This document shows, one piece after another, positions 1-10,169 of a stretch of DNA of 64,000 bases. A model generated the notes under the pieces. The model was not told where the DNA came from. It made no database searches and saw only the letters and a list, made by a program, of their open reading frames with translations. Origin of the DNA: Longimicrobiales bacterium. Its GTDB lineage: Bacteria > Gemmatimonadota > Gemmatimonadetes > Longimicrobiales > Gaopeijiaceae. How positions within the stretch are numbered: the stretch's first letter is position 1; each line of letters starts with the position of its first letter. The stretch is from the NCBI GenBank assembly GCA_965248195.1, contig CBDFIQ010000001.1, forward strand, positions 416,001 through 480,000. The letters are read 5' to 3'. The translations under genes were made by a program, and so were the position numbers.

Positions 1-405
1 GGCGTCGGTTACCCAAACGTTGCCATCACGGTCGACATCGATGCCGTGTGGCCAGATGAACAACCCGCTGCCGAAGCTCTCCACGACCTTCCCGTCGAGG
101 TCGAACTTGACTATCGGATCAAGGTCGGAATCCACGCACTCGTTGCCGAACCGGCTCGGTGTCACATCGAATCCGCGGGCGTCGCAACGTATCACCGCCC
201 ACAGGTGATCTCCGTCCGGGTCCATCGTGACCTTGCCGACCGCGCCCATCCGTCTTCCGTCAGGCAGCTGGGCCCAGCCGTCCACCAGGCGGAAGGGGCT
301 GGGGCCCGAGGTCTGCGCTGTCGCCTCCGCGGGAACCATGAGTGCCAGCGCCGCGACGGCGCACATCCACGGGACGAGACTCGACTTCCGGCTCCGGGTC
401 GACAT
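1..405 (-). CDS. NHL-repeat (peptidylglycine amidating lyase-like) secreted protein, 5' part; runs off the window
   Basis: Manual translation MSTRSRKSSLVPWMCAVAALALMVPAEATAQ...GSGLFIWPHGIDVDRDGNVWVTDA; GGAGG RBS upstream of ATG 405; not in the ORF track. Confidence 0.8.
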   Translation of the reverse strand, partial: MSTRSRKSSLVPWMCAVAALALMVPAEATAQTSGPSPFRLVDGWAQLPDGRRMGAVGKVTMDPDGDHLWAVIRCDARGFDVTPSRFGNECVDSDLDPIVKFDLDGKVVESFGSGLFIWPHGIDVDRDGNVWVTDA

Positions 406-582
406 GATCGTACCTCCTCTGGACAGGCTCGAGTGTGGGACGGCAACCGTACGCGGGAGTCTCGAGGCGGTCAAGGCTCTGGATGGGGCTGTGGTCAGGG
501 TACTCAAGAGGTCGCGATGGCCTGCCGGAGTCTCGGCGGATATCCTAAAACAGAATCCCCTGGATCGCTCGGAGGAAGACGA

Positions 583-1800
583 ATGAGGCAAGGACCTGAA
601 AGGCACCGGAGCACCGGATTGAACCGTCGCGAGTTTCTCGGCGTTGGGGCGCTTCCACTGGCGGCTGGATTGGCGGCCAAGGATTTCGGTGCCAAGAGCA
701 TCGGCACGAAGCACGAGACGAAGAGGAAGCAGTCTGCACAGGCGATTGTTCGCGTCGGCCTCGTGGGCGCGGGCGGTATCGTGCAGAGGGCCCAGCTTCC
801 GAACTTTCGACAGATCCCGGGATGCGAGGTCGTTGCCGTGGCGAATCGCAGCTTGGCTTCCAGTCAGAGAGTTACTGAGGCGTTCAACATTCCGACGGCT
901 TATGCCAACTGGAAGGAATTGCTGGACGACGAGAGCATTGACGCCATCATGATCGGAACCCCGCCCTACATGCATCACATTCTGACCTTGGAGGGGCTCG
1001 AGAACGGGAAACACGTGCTGTGCCAGTCTCGCATGGCCATGAACGCACAAGAGGCCCGAGACATGCTGGAGGCGGCGCGGCGCCACCCGAATTTGGTCTG
1101 CCAGCTGGTCGTGGGCCGGCGCCAAGCCGCTTTGGCACGACTGATCGAAGATGGATTCCTCGGTGAGCTGCTCTCCGCCGATATCCGCAGGCTGGGATCC
1201 GACGCCTCGCTCGGTGCTTCTCCAGACAGACGACGCGGCTTCGTCGACTTCGGAGCGGACTTGCACTGGCGCGTAGACCCCGACCTCAACGGGTTCAATA
1301 TCCCGTTGGGCCTGGGTGCTGCCTATGAAAGCATGAGTCGGTTGTTGGGGCGGGCGACACGGGTCATGGCGATGACCAAGGTGCACGCGCCGCATCGACG
1401 CGCTGCGGACGGGCAGATGGTTGCCAAGGGCGGAGTGGACCACGTGGACATTCTCTACGAGGTCGTCAACGGGGCACAGGTTCACCTGAGGGTGAGCTCG
1501 ACAACGGCACTAGCGGGCGGAAATCAGACCTGGCTCTTCGGCAGCGAGGGAACCATCCACATTGGCGGCGGCCGAATCCTCGGTGGACGCCGCGGCGACT
1601 CCGAGCTCCGTGAGATTCCCGACTCCCCGCAGGAACCGAGCGTTCGGCGCGTGGGGGTGGAAGAGCGGTTCGTCAACACGATTCGGGGAACCGCCGAGAA
1701 CACCACGGAATCCCTTGAAATAGGTGTCGATTACATGGAGTTCTCGGAGGCCGTGCATCGCAGCGGGCAGACCGGTCGGGCTGTGAATCTACCGTTGTGA
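583..1800 (+). CDS. Gfo/Idh/MocA family oxidoreductase with Tat signal
   Basis: NRREFL twin-arginine motif, VGLVGAGGI, GKHVLCQSRMA; GGAGG RBS before ATG 583. Confidence 0.85.
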   Translation: MRQGPERHRSTGLNRREFLGVGALPLAAGLAAKDFGAKSIGTKHETKRKQSAQAIVRVGLVGAGGIVQRAQLPNFRQIPGCEVVAVANRSLASSQRVTEAFNIPTAYANWKELLDDESIDAIMIGTPPYMHHILTLEGLENGKHVLCQSRMAMNAQEARDMLEAARRHPNLVCQLVVGRRQAALARLIEDGFLGELLSADIRRLGSDASLGASPDRRRGFVDFGADLHWRVDPDLNGFNIPLGLGAAYESMSRLLGRATRVMAMTKVHAPHRRAADGQMVAKGGVDHVDILYEVVNGAQVHLRVSSTTALAGGNQTWLFGSEGTIHIGGGRILGGRRGDSELREIPDSPQEPSVRRVGVEERFVNTIRGTAENTTESLEIGVDYMEFSEAVHRSGQTGRAVNLPL

Positions 1801-1904
1801 GTTCCGGGGTCGTGCGCAGGTAACAAGAGCAGTTCTTTGACGCGCGGGTCGGCAGATGTCACGTTAAGCCGCTGAAGTTCCTCTTCGGCACAGGAGGATG
1901 TATC

Positions 1905-2936
1905 ATGCGTAGACCCGCCAGTGTCCTACTCATCCTTCCAGTTTTCTTGGTCCAGGCTTGTACTCGGTCACAGAGCAGCGAGCTTCCTATTATCGACGTT
2001 CACAACCACGCCCAAAGCCCCTCCGCTTGGGGCCCGCCACCCGTCATGGCCTGCGCAGCGGAGGTGACGTTCCCTGCGCCCGAGCCGGGGGCGCTACCGT
2101 CGCCAGATCGCACCGGACGTCCGCAAAACGGCTATAACCTGGAGTCGGCCGCGGAGTGTGATTCGGAATTCATGATCCAGGGGCAAATGACGGATGAGGA
2201 CGTGATGCAGCGGACGTTCGAGATGATGGAGCGCTACAACGTCGTCACCAGTGTCTTTACCGGCTCGATGGCCCGCCTTAATCAGTGGAAGGCGGCGGCG
2301 CCGGACCGTGTCATTCCGGCAATCGGTGTGGCGCCAACAGATTCGCTTCGGAAATGGGCCTCGGAAGGGACGATCGAAGTCCTCGGGGAGTTCTTTTTTC
2401 AGTATGGAGGCGTGTCACCCACGGATCCAATTGTGGAACCGTATTTCGCGCTCGCCGAGGAGTTGGATCTTCCTATCGCGTTCCATGTTGGCTTTGGTCC
2501 GCCCGCCACGCCGTACGTGCGCGGCCCTACGTACCGTATGAGCCTCAGTAACCCTCTGCTTCTTGAAGATTTGCTAATTCGTCATCCGAATGTGCGCATC
2601 TATCTGATGGAGGCCGCATGGCCCATGCTCGATCAGGTCATTGGGCTTCTCTACGCTCACCCCCAGGTTTACCTCGACATCGGCCGCCTCACCTGGGAAA
2701 TTCCGAGAAAGGAATTCCATACGTACCTCAAGCGGATCGTCGAAGCCGGCTTTGGGAAACGCGTCATGTTCGGCTCTGACGCGATGATCTGGCCGGACGT
2801 GATTCCGATTGCGATCGAAGCTGTCGAAACAGCCGAGTTCCTGGACCCGACCCAGAAGCGGGACATTTTCTATAACAATGCCGCTCGGTTCTTTCGTTTG
2901 AGTGAAGAAGAGATCGCCAAACATCACGGCCGGTAA
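1905..2936 (+). CDS. Amidohydrolase_2 family lipoprotein
   Basis: IIDVHNH, FHVG, RVMFGSD motifs; LVQAC lipobox-like signal; AGGAGG RBS. Confidence 0.85.
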   Translation: MRRPASVLLILPVFLVQACTRSQSSELPIIDVHNHAQSPSAWGPPPVMACAAEVTFPAPEPGALPSPDRTGRPQNGYNLESAAECDSEFMIQGQMTDEDVMQRTFEMMERYNVVTSVFTGSMARLNQWKAAAPDRVIPAIGVAPTDSLRKWASEGTIEVLGEFFFQYGGVSPTDPIVEPYFALAEELDLPIAFHVGFGPPATPYVRGPTYRMSLSNPLLLEDLLIRHPNVRIYLMEAAWPMLDQVIGLLYAHPQVYLDIGRLTWEIPRKEFHTYLKRIVEAGFGKRVMFGSDAMIWPDVIPIAIEAVETAEFLDPTQKRDIFYNNAARFFRLSEEEIAKHHGR

Positions 2937-3025
2937 CCCGCGGGCACGGCCTTTACTGGGGCAAATCGAGGCACTCACGCCCGATCCCATCACTCGCCTG
3001 AACGCAGCACATAAGGAGTCCCCTC

Positions 3026-4024
3026 ATGATAGTACCAGCTCCCTTCTTGACGGTTGCTCTTGTTCTCGCGCCGATACTTCAGGCCGATCCGCCGGGGGTC
3101 GTCGTGTGGAGTTCTTCGGAACTGGAACAGCGGAATGCGGCTCTCTCCACCGGGGTGGGCCCGGTCGGCAACCGCTCGTCCCGCGAGACCCTTGCCGACT
3201 ACGTGAACCCCACCGGAGCTCATCGCTTCCGATTTATTCGTCGAGAGTCGGACGGAATGGACGCTCACCCCGAGATACATGATGACATCGAGGATGTCGT
3301 GTTCATACAGAGCGGCGAAGCGACCTTGCTTGTCGGCGGTGAAATGATCAACCGCAGGGGTGATGGGGGCGATGGCATTGCGGGGGGGGTGCGGTATCCT
3401 GTGGCCGCAGGCGATATCATCCGCATTCCGGCCGCCACCCCTCACGGCTACTTGGTGCCCGAAGGGGGGCATGTTACGTACGTGCTTGTCAGGGTCCCGG
3501 CATTGGTAGGTGAGGCTGTTGTCAGTGCCGACACGCGGCCAATTCAGGACGACCCGCCGGGATTCGCCATGTGGGATTCTTCCGAGCTGGAACAGCGGAA
3601 TGCGGCTCTCTCCACCGGGGTGGGCCCGGTCGGCAACCGCTCGTCCCGCGAGACCCTTGCCGACTACGGCGACCCCACCGGAGCTCACCGCTTCCGATTT
3701 ATTCGTCGGGAGTGGGACGGCATGGATGCTCACCCCGAGATACATGGAGGTATTCCTGGATCTTATGGCATCATCGACGTCGTGTTCGTGAAGAGCGGGG
3801 GGGGTACCATGCTTGCGGGCGGTGAAATGATCAACCGCAGGGGTAGCGGGGGCGATGGCATCGCGGGGGGGGTGGCGTATCCTGTAGCCGCAGGCGATGT
3901 CATTCACATTCCGGCCGCCACCCCTCACGGCTACCTGGTGCCGGAAGGCGGGCACATTACCTACGTGCTCGTACGGGTCCCGGCGTTCGAAGGCCAGACC
4001 TCTACGTCTTCGCCCTCCCGGTAG
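3026..4024 (+). CDS. Secreted tandem cupin-domain protein (two near-identical halves)
   Basis: Signal peptide; duplicated HPEIH...GDIIxIPAATPHGY cupin motifs. Confidence 0.75.
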   Translation: MIVPAPFLTVALVLAPILQADPPGVVVWSSSELEQRNAALSTGVGPVGNRSSRETLADYVNPTGAHRFRFIRRESDGMDAHPEIHDDIEDVVFIQSGEATLLVGGEMINRRGDGGDGIAGGVRYPVAAGDIIRIPAATPHGYLVPEGGHVTYVLVRVPALVGEAVVSADTRPIQDDPPGFAMWDSSELEQRNAALSTGVGPVGNRSSRETLADYGDPTGAHRFRFIRREWDGMDAHPEIHGGIPGSYGIIDVVFVKSGGGTMLAGGEMINRRGSGGDGIAGGVAYPVAAGDVIHIPAATPHGYLVPEGGHITYVLVRVPAFEGQTSTSSPSR

Positions 4025-4235
4025 AGGCGGACGGACGCTAGCCTGACGGGCCGGAAGGCCCGCGTGGACTGCGTGTGTTCGATATGGGCAGCGGGGGGGT
4101 TGTCGGCGAACTGTGCGACGAGTTCGAGGAGGCGCTTCGGGGGCGGTACGGGTTGTCGGTTTGAAACGCGAGATCCACCGCCGTAAGGGCCCGTGAACAG
4201 ATGAGAGGGACGCCCGACCAACCCGTGAACCGGAG

Positions 4236-5834
4236 GTGGCCGTGAAATACGAGCGCATTGTGTCAGTTCTCCTTCTCCTTTTGGTGAGCCGCCCTGGCCC
4301 TGCGTTGGGCGCTGGCGGGGCGCTCGCGGCGCAGGAGCCGTGCGTGACTACCTCGACCGTGGTATGCACGGAGTCCGGCCCCGTGCGTGGCATGGTCGTC
4401 GGCAACGTGCGGGGGTTCGTCGGAATCCCATACGCCAAGCCACCGGTGGGAGAGCTTCGGTTTCGCCCACCCCAGCGGGCGGACACGTGGCAGGGCGTGC
4501 GCTCGGCAGAGCAGGTCGGACCGGTGTGCCCTCAGATCCGTAATGGCTCCGTGGTCGGAAGCGAGGACTGCCTCACTCTCAACATCTGGACCGCTGCGGG
4601 CTCGACGGAGGAGCGTTTGCCTGTGATGGTCTGGCTCACTGGCGGCGGGAATCACGGATCTTCGGGCGGCGCCTACGATGGAAGCCTCATGGCCCGGAGC
4701 GCGAACGTCGTGTTCGTCACGTACAACCCGCGCCTCGGCGCCCTGGGGTTTATGGCGCATCCGGCGCTTGACCGGGAACGCTCGGAAGGAGTCTCGGGGA
4801 ATTACGCCACGCTCGATAAGATCGCGATGCTCCAGTGGCTACAGCGAAACGTCCAGGAGTTCGGCGGCGATCCCGATCAGGTCTTCCTGTTCGGAACATC
4901 AGCTGGCGGCGCGAACATCTGCGCGCTTCTCACGTCTCCTCTCGCGCGAGGGCTTTTCCACGGGGCGTCGATGCAAAGCAGCGTGCCAACCGGATGTGAG
5001 CTGCCAACACTCAGCGACGTGCAGCAGCGGACCGGAGCTCGCGTCGCGACAACAACCGGCTGCGCGGACGCAGCGGACGTCGCCGATTGCCTGCGTGATT
5101 TGACCGTGGAGGAGCTCGTGTCTGCGCTTCCCGGCGTGACGAACGTCTTTCCCCGCTGGTATGGGCCCAACGTCGACGGTCACGTCCTCCGGGAGCAGCC
5201 GATCGCGGCCATCCGAGGTGGGCGACATTCCCCGATGCCCGTCATCATCGGAACGACCCTCAACGAAACTCGCGGGTGGCTCAACCGGGCTGATCCGGTG
5301 ACCGATGCCGCGACGTACGCCGACGCGTTAACCCGGGTGTTCGGCGCAAGGGCGGTTGGCCACATTCTCGACCGTTATCCGTCGGAGGCCTTCCCCACGC
5401 CACAGCTCGCATTAGAGGCCGCGACAACGGACGCGTATTTCAATTGTCAGACGCGACGTGTCGCGCGCGCCCTCACAGGCGCTCAGGACGCACCGGTGTA
5501 CAGGTATCTCTTCACGCACGCGATGGAGACGAGCGCGGCCACGAGGGCTCGGGGTGCGGGCCACACAGTCGAGCATCGGTTCTTCTTTCCCGATCTCGCC
5601 GCGGGTCAGCCGAGCGTCACTGAGGTCGTCCTTCAGGATTCGATGGTCCGCTATTGGTCGCGTATGGTGCACACCGGCAATCCCAATGGCGGCGGGAACA
5701 CCGCGTGGCCACGCTACGAGATCACGACCGATCCCTATCTCGAGCTGAGCACGGAGACGCGTCCTCTATCCAATCTAAACGGTAGCCTTTGCGACTTCTG
5801 GGATGGGGTGCAGCTTCCATGGCCGCACCTTTAG
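4236..5834 (+). CDS. Type-B carboxylesterase/lipase
   Basis: GIPYAKPPVGELRF, SEDCLTLNIW, FGGDPDQVFLFGTSAGG. Confidence 0.9.
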   Translation: MAVKYERIVSVLLLLLVSRPGPALGAGGALAAQEPCVTTSTVVCTESGPVRGMVVGNVRGFVGIPYAKPPVGELRFRPPQRADTWQGVRSAEQVGPVCPQIRNGSVVGSEDCLTLNIWTAAGSTEERLPVMVWLTGGGNHGSSGGAYDGSLMARSANVVFVTYNPRLGALGFMAHPALDRERSEGVSGNYATLDKIAMLQWLQRNVQEFGGDPDQVFLFGTSAGGANICALLTSPLARGLFHGASMQSSVPTGCELPTLSDVQQRTGARVATTTGCADAADVADCLRDLTVEELVSALPGVTNVFPRWYGPNVDGHVLREQPIAAIRGGRHSPMPVIIGTTLNETRGWLNRADPVTDAATYADALTRVFGARAVGHILDRYPSEAFPTPQLALEAATTDAYFNCQTRRVARALTGAQDAPVYRYLFTHAMETSAATRARGAGHTVEHRFFFPDLAAGQPSVTEVVLQDSMVRYWSRMVHTGNPNGGGNTAWPRYEITTDPYLELSTETRPLSNLNGSLCDFWDGVQLPWPHL

Positions 5835-5943
5835 CAGCGGGCTAGCAGATTATTCCTCAGGCCCTGGCCAGTGGAGCCCTCGGCACCCACTGTGCCACAG
5901 GCCGGATCTCCGGCGTTGACCCACAGAGGAAGAAACAGGAGGC

Positions 5944-7194
5944 ATGATGGGAGTTGAACGCATGGGCCTTGCCCTCGTCCTCGCTGCCGGGCTCGCCGGC
6001 TGCGGCGCCGAGAACCAGACACAAACAGCGGGCCAGATCGTGAAGGGTGGATCAGACGAGACCGGCGAGTACATCGCGGCCTCGAACTGGTGGAAGCCGG
6101 CCCCGGACCACACCGACCCGGCCGCTTGCCCGAGCGGCGGGGGCGGCGGGGGCGGGGGCGGTGGCCGTGGCGGCGGTGGCGGCCAGGCGAACACCGGCCC
6201 GTGCTGGGTGTGGGGAGAGGTCTCGGGCCTAGCGGCGGACAACCCGAATCGGATCATCGTCGCGGTGTGGGGCGACCGGGACCAAGTATCCGGTCAAGGG
6301 AGGCCCGGTGGCAGCAACTACGTCCTCGAAGTGGACGGAAACGGTGATCTCATCACCAGATGGACCCAGTGGGACACTCTCTTCAACACGCCCCACCAGG
6401 TCTACATCAGCCCCTACGACCCCGAGCGCGCCATCTACATCATCGAGCGCGGCGGTAGGCAGCCCGGCCCCAACGGCGTCGACGTGCACGAGTCCATCTA
6501 CAAGTTCAGCAACGATGCGAATACGCTGATCTGGAAGCTCGTCGACCCGGCGTCGAAAATGAGCCGCCAGGAACAGCGGGCGATGACCGATCTCGGGCAA
6601 ACCGACTTCGGCGACCCGTCGGTGCTGACCTTCCTGCCGGACGGTCAGCACTTCCTCCTCGCCGACGGCTACCAGAACGGCCGCGTTCAGAAATGGACCA
6701 CCGACGGCGAGTGGGTGAGCGAGTTCGGCATGATCGATCGCGACCCGGGCCCCGGCGGCGCTCCCGGCGCGTTCGATCTCATGCACGGTATCGCGGTGGA
6801 CCGCACGGGCCGGATCTACGTGGGTGACCGCGACAACGAGCGCATCCAGATCTTCACCCCCGAGGGCGAGTTCATCGAGGAGTGGCCTGGCGTGATGGAT
6901 CCGGTCGGCATCTTCATCGACGAGAGCGAATCGGTCTGGGTCGTCTCCGCAGCGCTCAACCGCCTGCTCAAGTACAACACGGAGGGCCAGCTCCTGTACT
7001 ACTGGGGTGCGTACGGGCGGACGCGGGGCGGCTTCCCCGGCGGCTTCGCTCGCCCGCACGAGGTCGATGTGGACCAGGAGGGCAACGTCTACATTACGAG
7101 CTGGGACTGGCCGGGTTATCTCAGCAAGTTCACGCCGAAGCCCGGCGCGGATCCGGCCAAGCTGATCGGTCAGAAGCTCGGCAGCGGGAGCTGA
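5944..7194 (+). CDS. NHL-repeat lipoprotein with poly-Gly insert
   Basis: LAGC lipobox; ADGYQNGRV, HGIAVDRTGRIYVGDRDNERIQIF repeats. Confidence 0.85.
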   Translation: MMGVERMGLALVLAAGLAGCGAENQTQTAGQIVKGGSDETGEYIAASNWWKPAPDHTDPAACPSGGGGGGGGGGRGGGGGQANTGPCWVWGEVSGLAADNPNRIIVAVWGDRDQVSGQGRPGGSNYVLEVDGNGDLITRWTQWDTLFNTPHQVYISPYDPERAIYIIERGGRQPGPNGVDVHESIYKFSNDANTLIWKLVDPASKMSRQEQRAMTDLGQTDFGDPSVLTFLPDGQHFLLADGYQNGRVQKWTTDGEWVSEFGMIDRDPGPGGAPGAFDLMHGIAVDRTGRIYVGDRDNERIQIFTPEGEFIEEWPGVMDPVGIFIDESESVWVVSAALNRLLKYNTEGQLLYYWGAYGRTRGGFPGGFARPHEVDVDQEGNVYITSWDWPGYLSKFTPKPGADPAKLIGQKLGSGS

Positions 7195-7259
7195 TCATCT
7201 GCCCTCATTCCGATATCGGCACGCCACCATCCGGGTTCTTCTTTAGCAGCGCATTTTCC

Positions 7260-8741
7260 CTACCACGTCCACGACGCATCCACGGCTTTGACCGCCAACC
7301 CGAGCGCCTCGCGCTCACGGTCCCGGCGGTCCGGCGCGTGGGCGGCCGGTGAGCGATGGCTCTGCACGACGATCACGAGTTCGCGAGAAGGGATGATGTA
7401 CGTGCTCTGGCCCCCCGCGCCCGAGGCGTTGTAAGTGTCCGGGGGGAGGCTGGGGATCCGGCCGCCGCGCCCGGACTCGTCCGCGGTGTTCAGCCAGAAG
7501 AGGCCGCCGTAGTACGGGCGATCCCACGCAGGAGCCGGTGAGCTCACGAAGTCCACGAACTCCTCACTCAGCAGTCGCCTTCCGTTCCACACGCCTCGCT
7601 GGAGGTAAAGGAGGCCGAACCGCGCCCAGTTCCTGGCCGTCCCGAAGTTGTAGCCGGTGAGGAGGAAGTTGCCGTACGGGTCGGTCTCCAGAGTGAAGCG
7701 GCGAATCCCGATTTCGTCGAAGAGAGCGCGCTGCGGCCACGTGAGGTACTCCTCGCCAAGCTCGTTCTCCACGGTGCGCCGGACGATGTATCCGAGCGTC
7801 CACGGATCCGAGTTCCGGTAGCGGCCCACCGTGTTGGGCGGAAACTCGGCGTCCCGGCTCACCGAGAACGCGAAGGCATCGATGGGCGCCACGTAGCCCA
7901 GGCGATGGTCCACCTGCCCCGGCACGAACGAGCGGGCCAGCTGCTCGGGAGTTGCGCCCGTGTTGCTGAAGCGGAGGCCGCTCGACATGCGCAGGAGGTC
8001 CGCGACCCTGATGGCCGCGCGCGGGTCCCCGTCCGTGTTCTGCCACGCGGGCACAGGAGCGGGTTGCCACAGCTCGAGGTGACCCATCTGGATCAGGCGC
8101 CCCACGAGGGTGGCGGTCATGCTCTTCGCCATCGACCAGCTCTCGAGTTGCATGTCCCGGTGCGCGCCAGTCCCGTACTCCTCGGCCACGATCCGTCCCC
8201 GATGCACCACGAGGAACGCCGCACGATTGTCGTCGGGGTTTCCGAAGAAGACGCCGACCGCCTCGGCGAGAAGCTCGGCATCGACATCGTCCGCCATCGG
8301 CTGGTCCGGGAGCGCGTCGCCCATCGGCCACGGAGTCGAGGCCGCGTCGGGAAGGGCGCTCGTGACCTTTCGAGGCGTGAAGAAGACGCCATTCGTGTGG
8401 TCCGGGAGGATCACGCATCCCTGGTCGCCGAAGTGACGTGCCCGGGCTTCGACGCCTCCGTACGAGGCGGTGACGATGCGGCGCTCGTCATCGACGGCGA
8501 ACGCGAGGCGACCACTCTCGTAGTCTCCGACCTGCTCGTCGGTCCACAGGACGCTGTTGTACAGCGCCTCCTCACGCACCCGCCCGGAAACCCAGATCCC
8601 CGAACAGAAACGCTTCGCAGGGCCAGTGAGGGTCAGGTAGATCGGAGTCCCGCCGTCGGATGCACCCGCACTCGCATCGTCACAAGCCAGGGTGGGGACA
8701 ACGACGAGCGCGACGAACGCGAAGGGGACGAGCGGTCTCAT
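7260..8741 (-). CDS. Serine hydrolase (beta-lactamase-like family) lipoprotein
   Basis: SWSMAKS (SxxK), YRN, ASGAGGQ motifs; ATG 8741 overlaps the upstream TGA. Confidence 0.85.
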   Translation of the reverse strand: MRPLVPFAFVALVVVPTLACDDASAGASDGGTPIYLTLTGPAKRFCSGIWVSGRVREEALYNSVLWTDEQVGDYESGRLAFAVDDERRIVTASYGGVEARARHFGDQGCVILPDHTNGVFFTPRKVTSALPDAASTPWPMGDALPDQPMADDVDAELLAEAVGVFFGNPDDNRAAFLVVHRGRIVAEEYGTGAHRDMQLESWSMAKSMTATLVGRLIQMGHLELWQPAPVPAWQNTDGDPRAAIRVADLLRMSSGLRFSNTGATPEQLARSFVPGQVDHRLGYVAPIDAFAFSVSRDAEFPPNTVGRYRNSDPWTLGYIVRRTVENELGEEYLTWPQRALFDEIGIRRFTLETDPYGNFLLTGYNFGTARNWARFGLLYLQRGVWNGRRLLSEEFVDFVSSPAPAWDRPYYGGLFWLNTADESGRGGRIPSLPPDTYNASGAGGQSTYIIPSRELVIVVQSHRSPAAHAPDRRDREREALGLAVKAVDASWTW

Positions 8742-9927
8742 AGGGGCAGGTGGACCGCCTCTCCTGTCTGAGCACTGCGATAGACGGCCTCGGTAAACTC
8801 CATGTAATGGACGCCCGTTTCGAAAGGCACCATCGTAATCTCCTCGATGCCGCGGATCGCGTTGATGAACTCCTCCTCGACGCGGGAATACGCCTGTTCC
8901 CCCTGCGGGTTGGGCACGGGAGAGAGCTCGGAGTCGCCCTGGCGCCCAGCGAAGACATTCATCCGCTCGTCGACGTGGAGCGTGCCTTCGGTTCCGTAGA
9001 TCCAGGTCTGATTCCGTTCGAGAGGCCCGTCGAGGCACTGAACCTCATGTGGACTTGAGCCCCGTTCATCAGTTCATACATGATATCCACGTGGTCGGGG
9101 ATGGTCACTGAGGTCAGTTGACGGCGATTGTCGTATCGGTAAGGAACGTGGACCTTGGACATCGCCATGACCCGGGTGCCCCGGCCCAACCAGCGCATCA
9201 TCGACTCCTTGGTTGAACCGATATTCAGGGAGTTCATTCCGCTGAACCGGCGCTCATGGCGCCAGCTCAAATCACCGTCGGTATCAGCGAATCCCCCAGG
9301 TCCCGTTCTACCGCCCGTCTGCAAGCGCTGGATCTCGACCGAGAGCACTTCGCCAAGATATCCTTCACCGATCAGCCGCTTGATCACATTGTCGATCCGG
9401 TAGCTCGTCGACGTCGGCACCAACTGGCTCACCAGCTCAGGATGGCGTAGCGAGGCCTCGAGCATGTCTCGAGCTTCCTGTCCCGTGTTCGCCATGCGTG
9501 CTTGGCACAGCACATGTTTGCCAGCCTCGAGGGTGGCAAGCGTAAGGGTGCGGTGCATATACGGCCACGTCCCGATAAGGACCGCATCTACGCCGTCATC
9601 GTTCAGCAACTCTTCCCAACCGCCGTACGGCCTCGGAATATCGAACTCGTCCGTGACTCGCCGGCTAGACTCGAGACTGCGATTCGCCACCGCAACGACC
9701 TCGCATCCCGCGATACGTCGAAGGGCCGGAAGCATCACGTTACGAACGTTCGCACCCGCCCCGATGATCCCGACACGGATCGTACTCTGTACGGACCGCC
9801 TCCTCGTTGCCCTCTCGGAGCCGAACTCGGTGGCTCCGGCGGCAGCCACAAGCGGGAGAGCTCCCACGGAAAGAAACTCTCGGCGATTCAGTCCCCCAGT
9901 AGCTTGGCTATCGAATCCGTCGCTCAT
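8738..9927 (-). pseudogene. Gfo/Idh/MocA oxidoreductase (Tat), frameshifted near 9012
   Basis: Paralogue of 583-1800; adding one base at GGAAT restores NGNQTWIYGTEGTLHV and joins it to ORF 8738-8962. Confidence 0.8.
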
Positions 9928-10169
9928 TTTCGTCTCTGCCCCGTCGCGTTGGTCGAGTCCCGAATGAATGCACAAAACCGGGAAGGTCGTCATCGCGATC
10001 AGCGTACCGGCGGGTCGAGTCGCACGCAAGACTCGCGATTACGATCAGTGACGGCACCGGACGGTGTGACCTCGGAACCCGATCTTGAGCCTCAATCCCG
10101 CGCCTCGTGACGCGGAAGGGCGTTTGAGCTAGGATGGCCCCCCACCCACGGTAGCAAAGGAGACGAGGA

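Noticed and set aside
46..582. N-terminal extensions of track ORFs 46-1800, 7260-9038 and 18262-20997
   Set aside because: They overlap other genes; better RBS-supported or stop-coupled starts with signal peptides lie downstream.
3086..3985. DGR template/variable repeat pair (also the RCC1 repeat)
   Set aside because: Differences are not adenine-specific, both copies are in frame in one gene, and no reverse transcriptase is in the window.
2990..4486. Long antisense ORFs such as 2990-4486, 19408-20382, 28295-29326 and 58487-59404
   Set aside because: Shadows of well-supported genes on the opposite strand in high-GC DNA, with no motifs.
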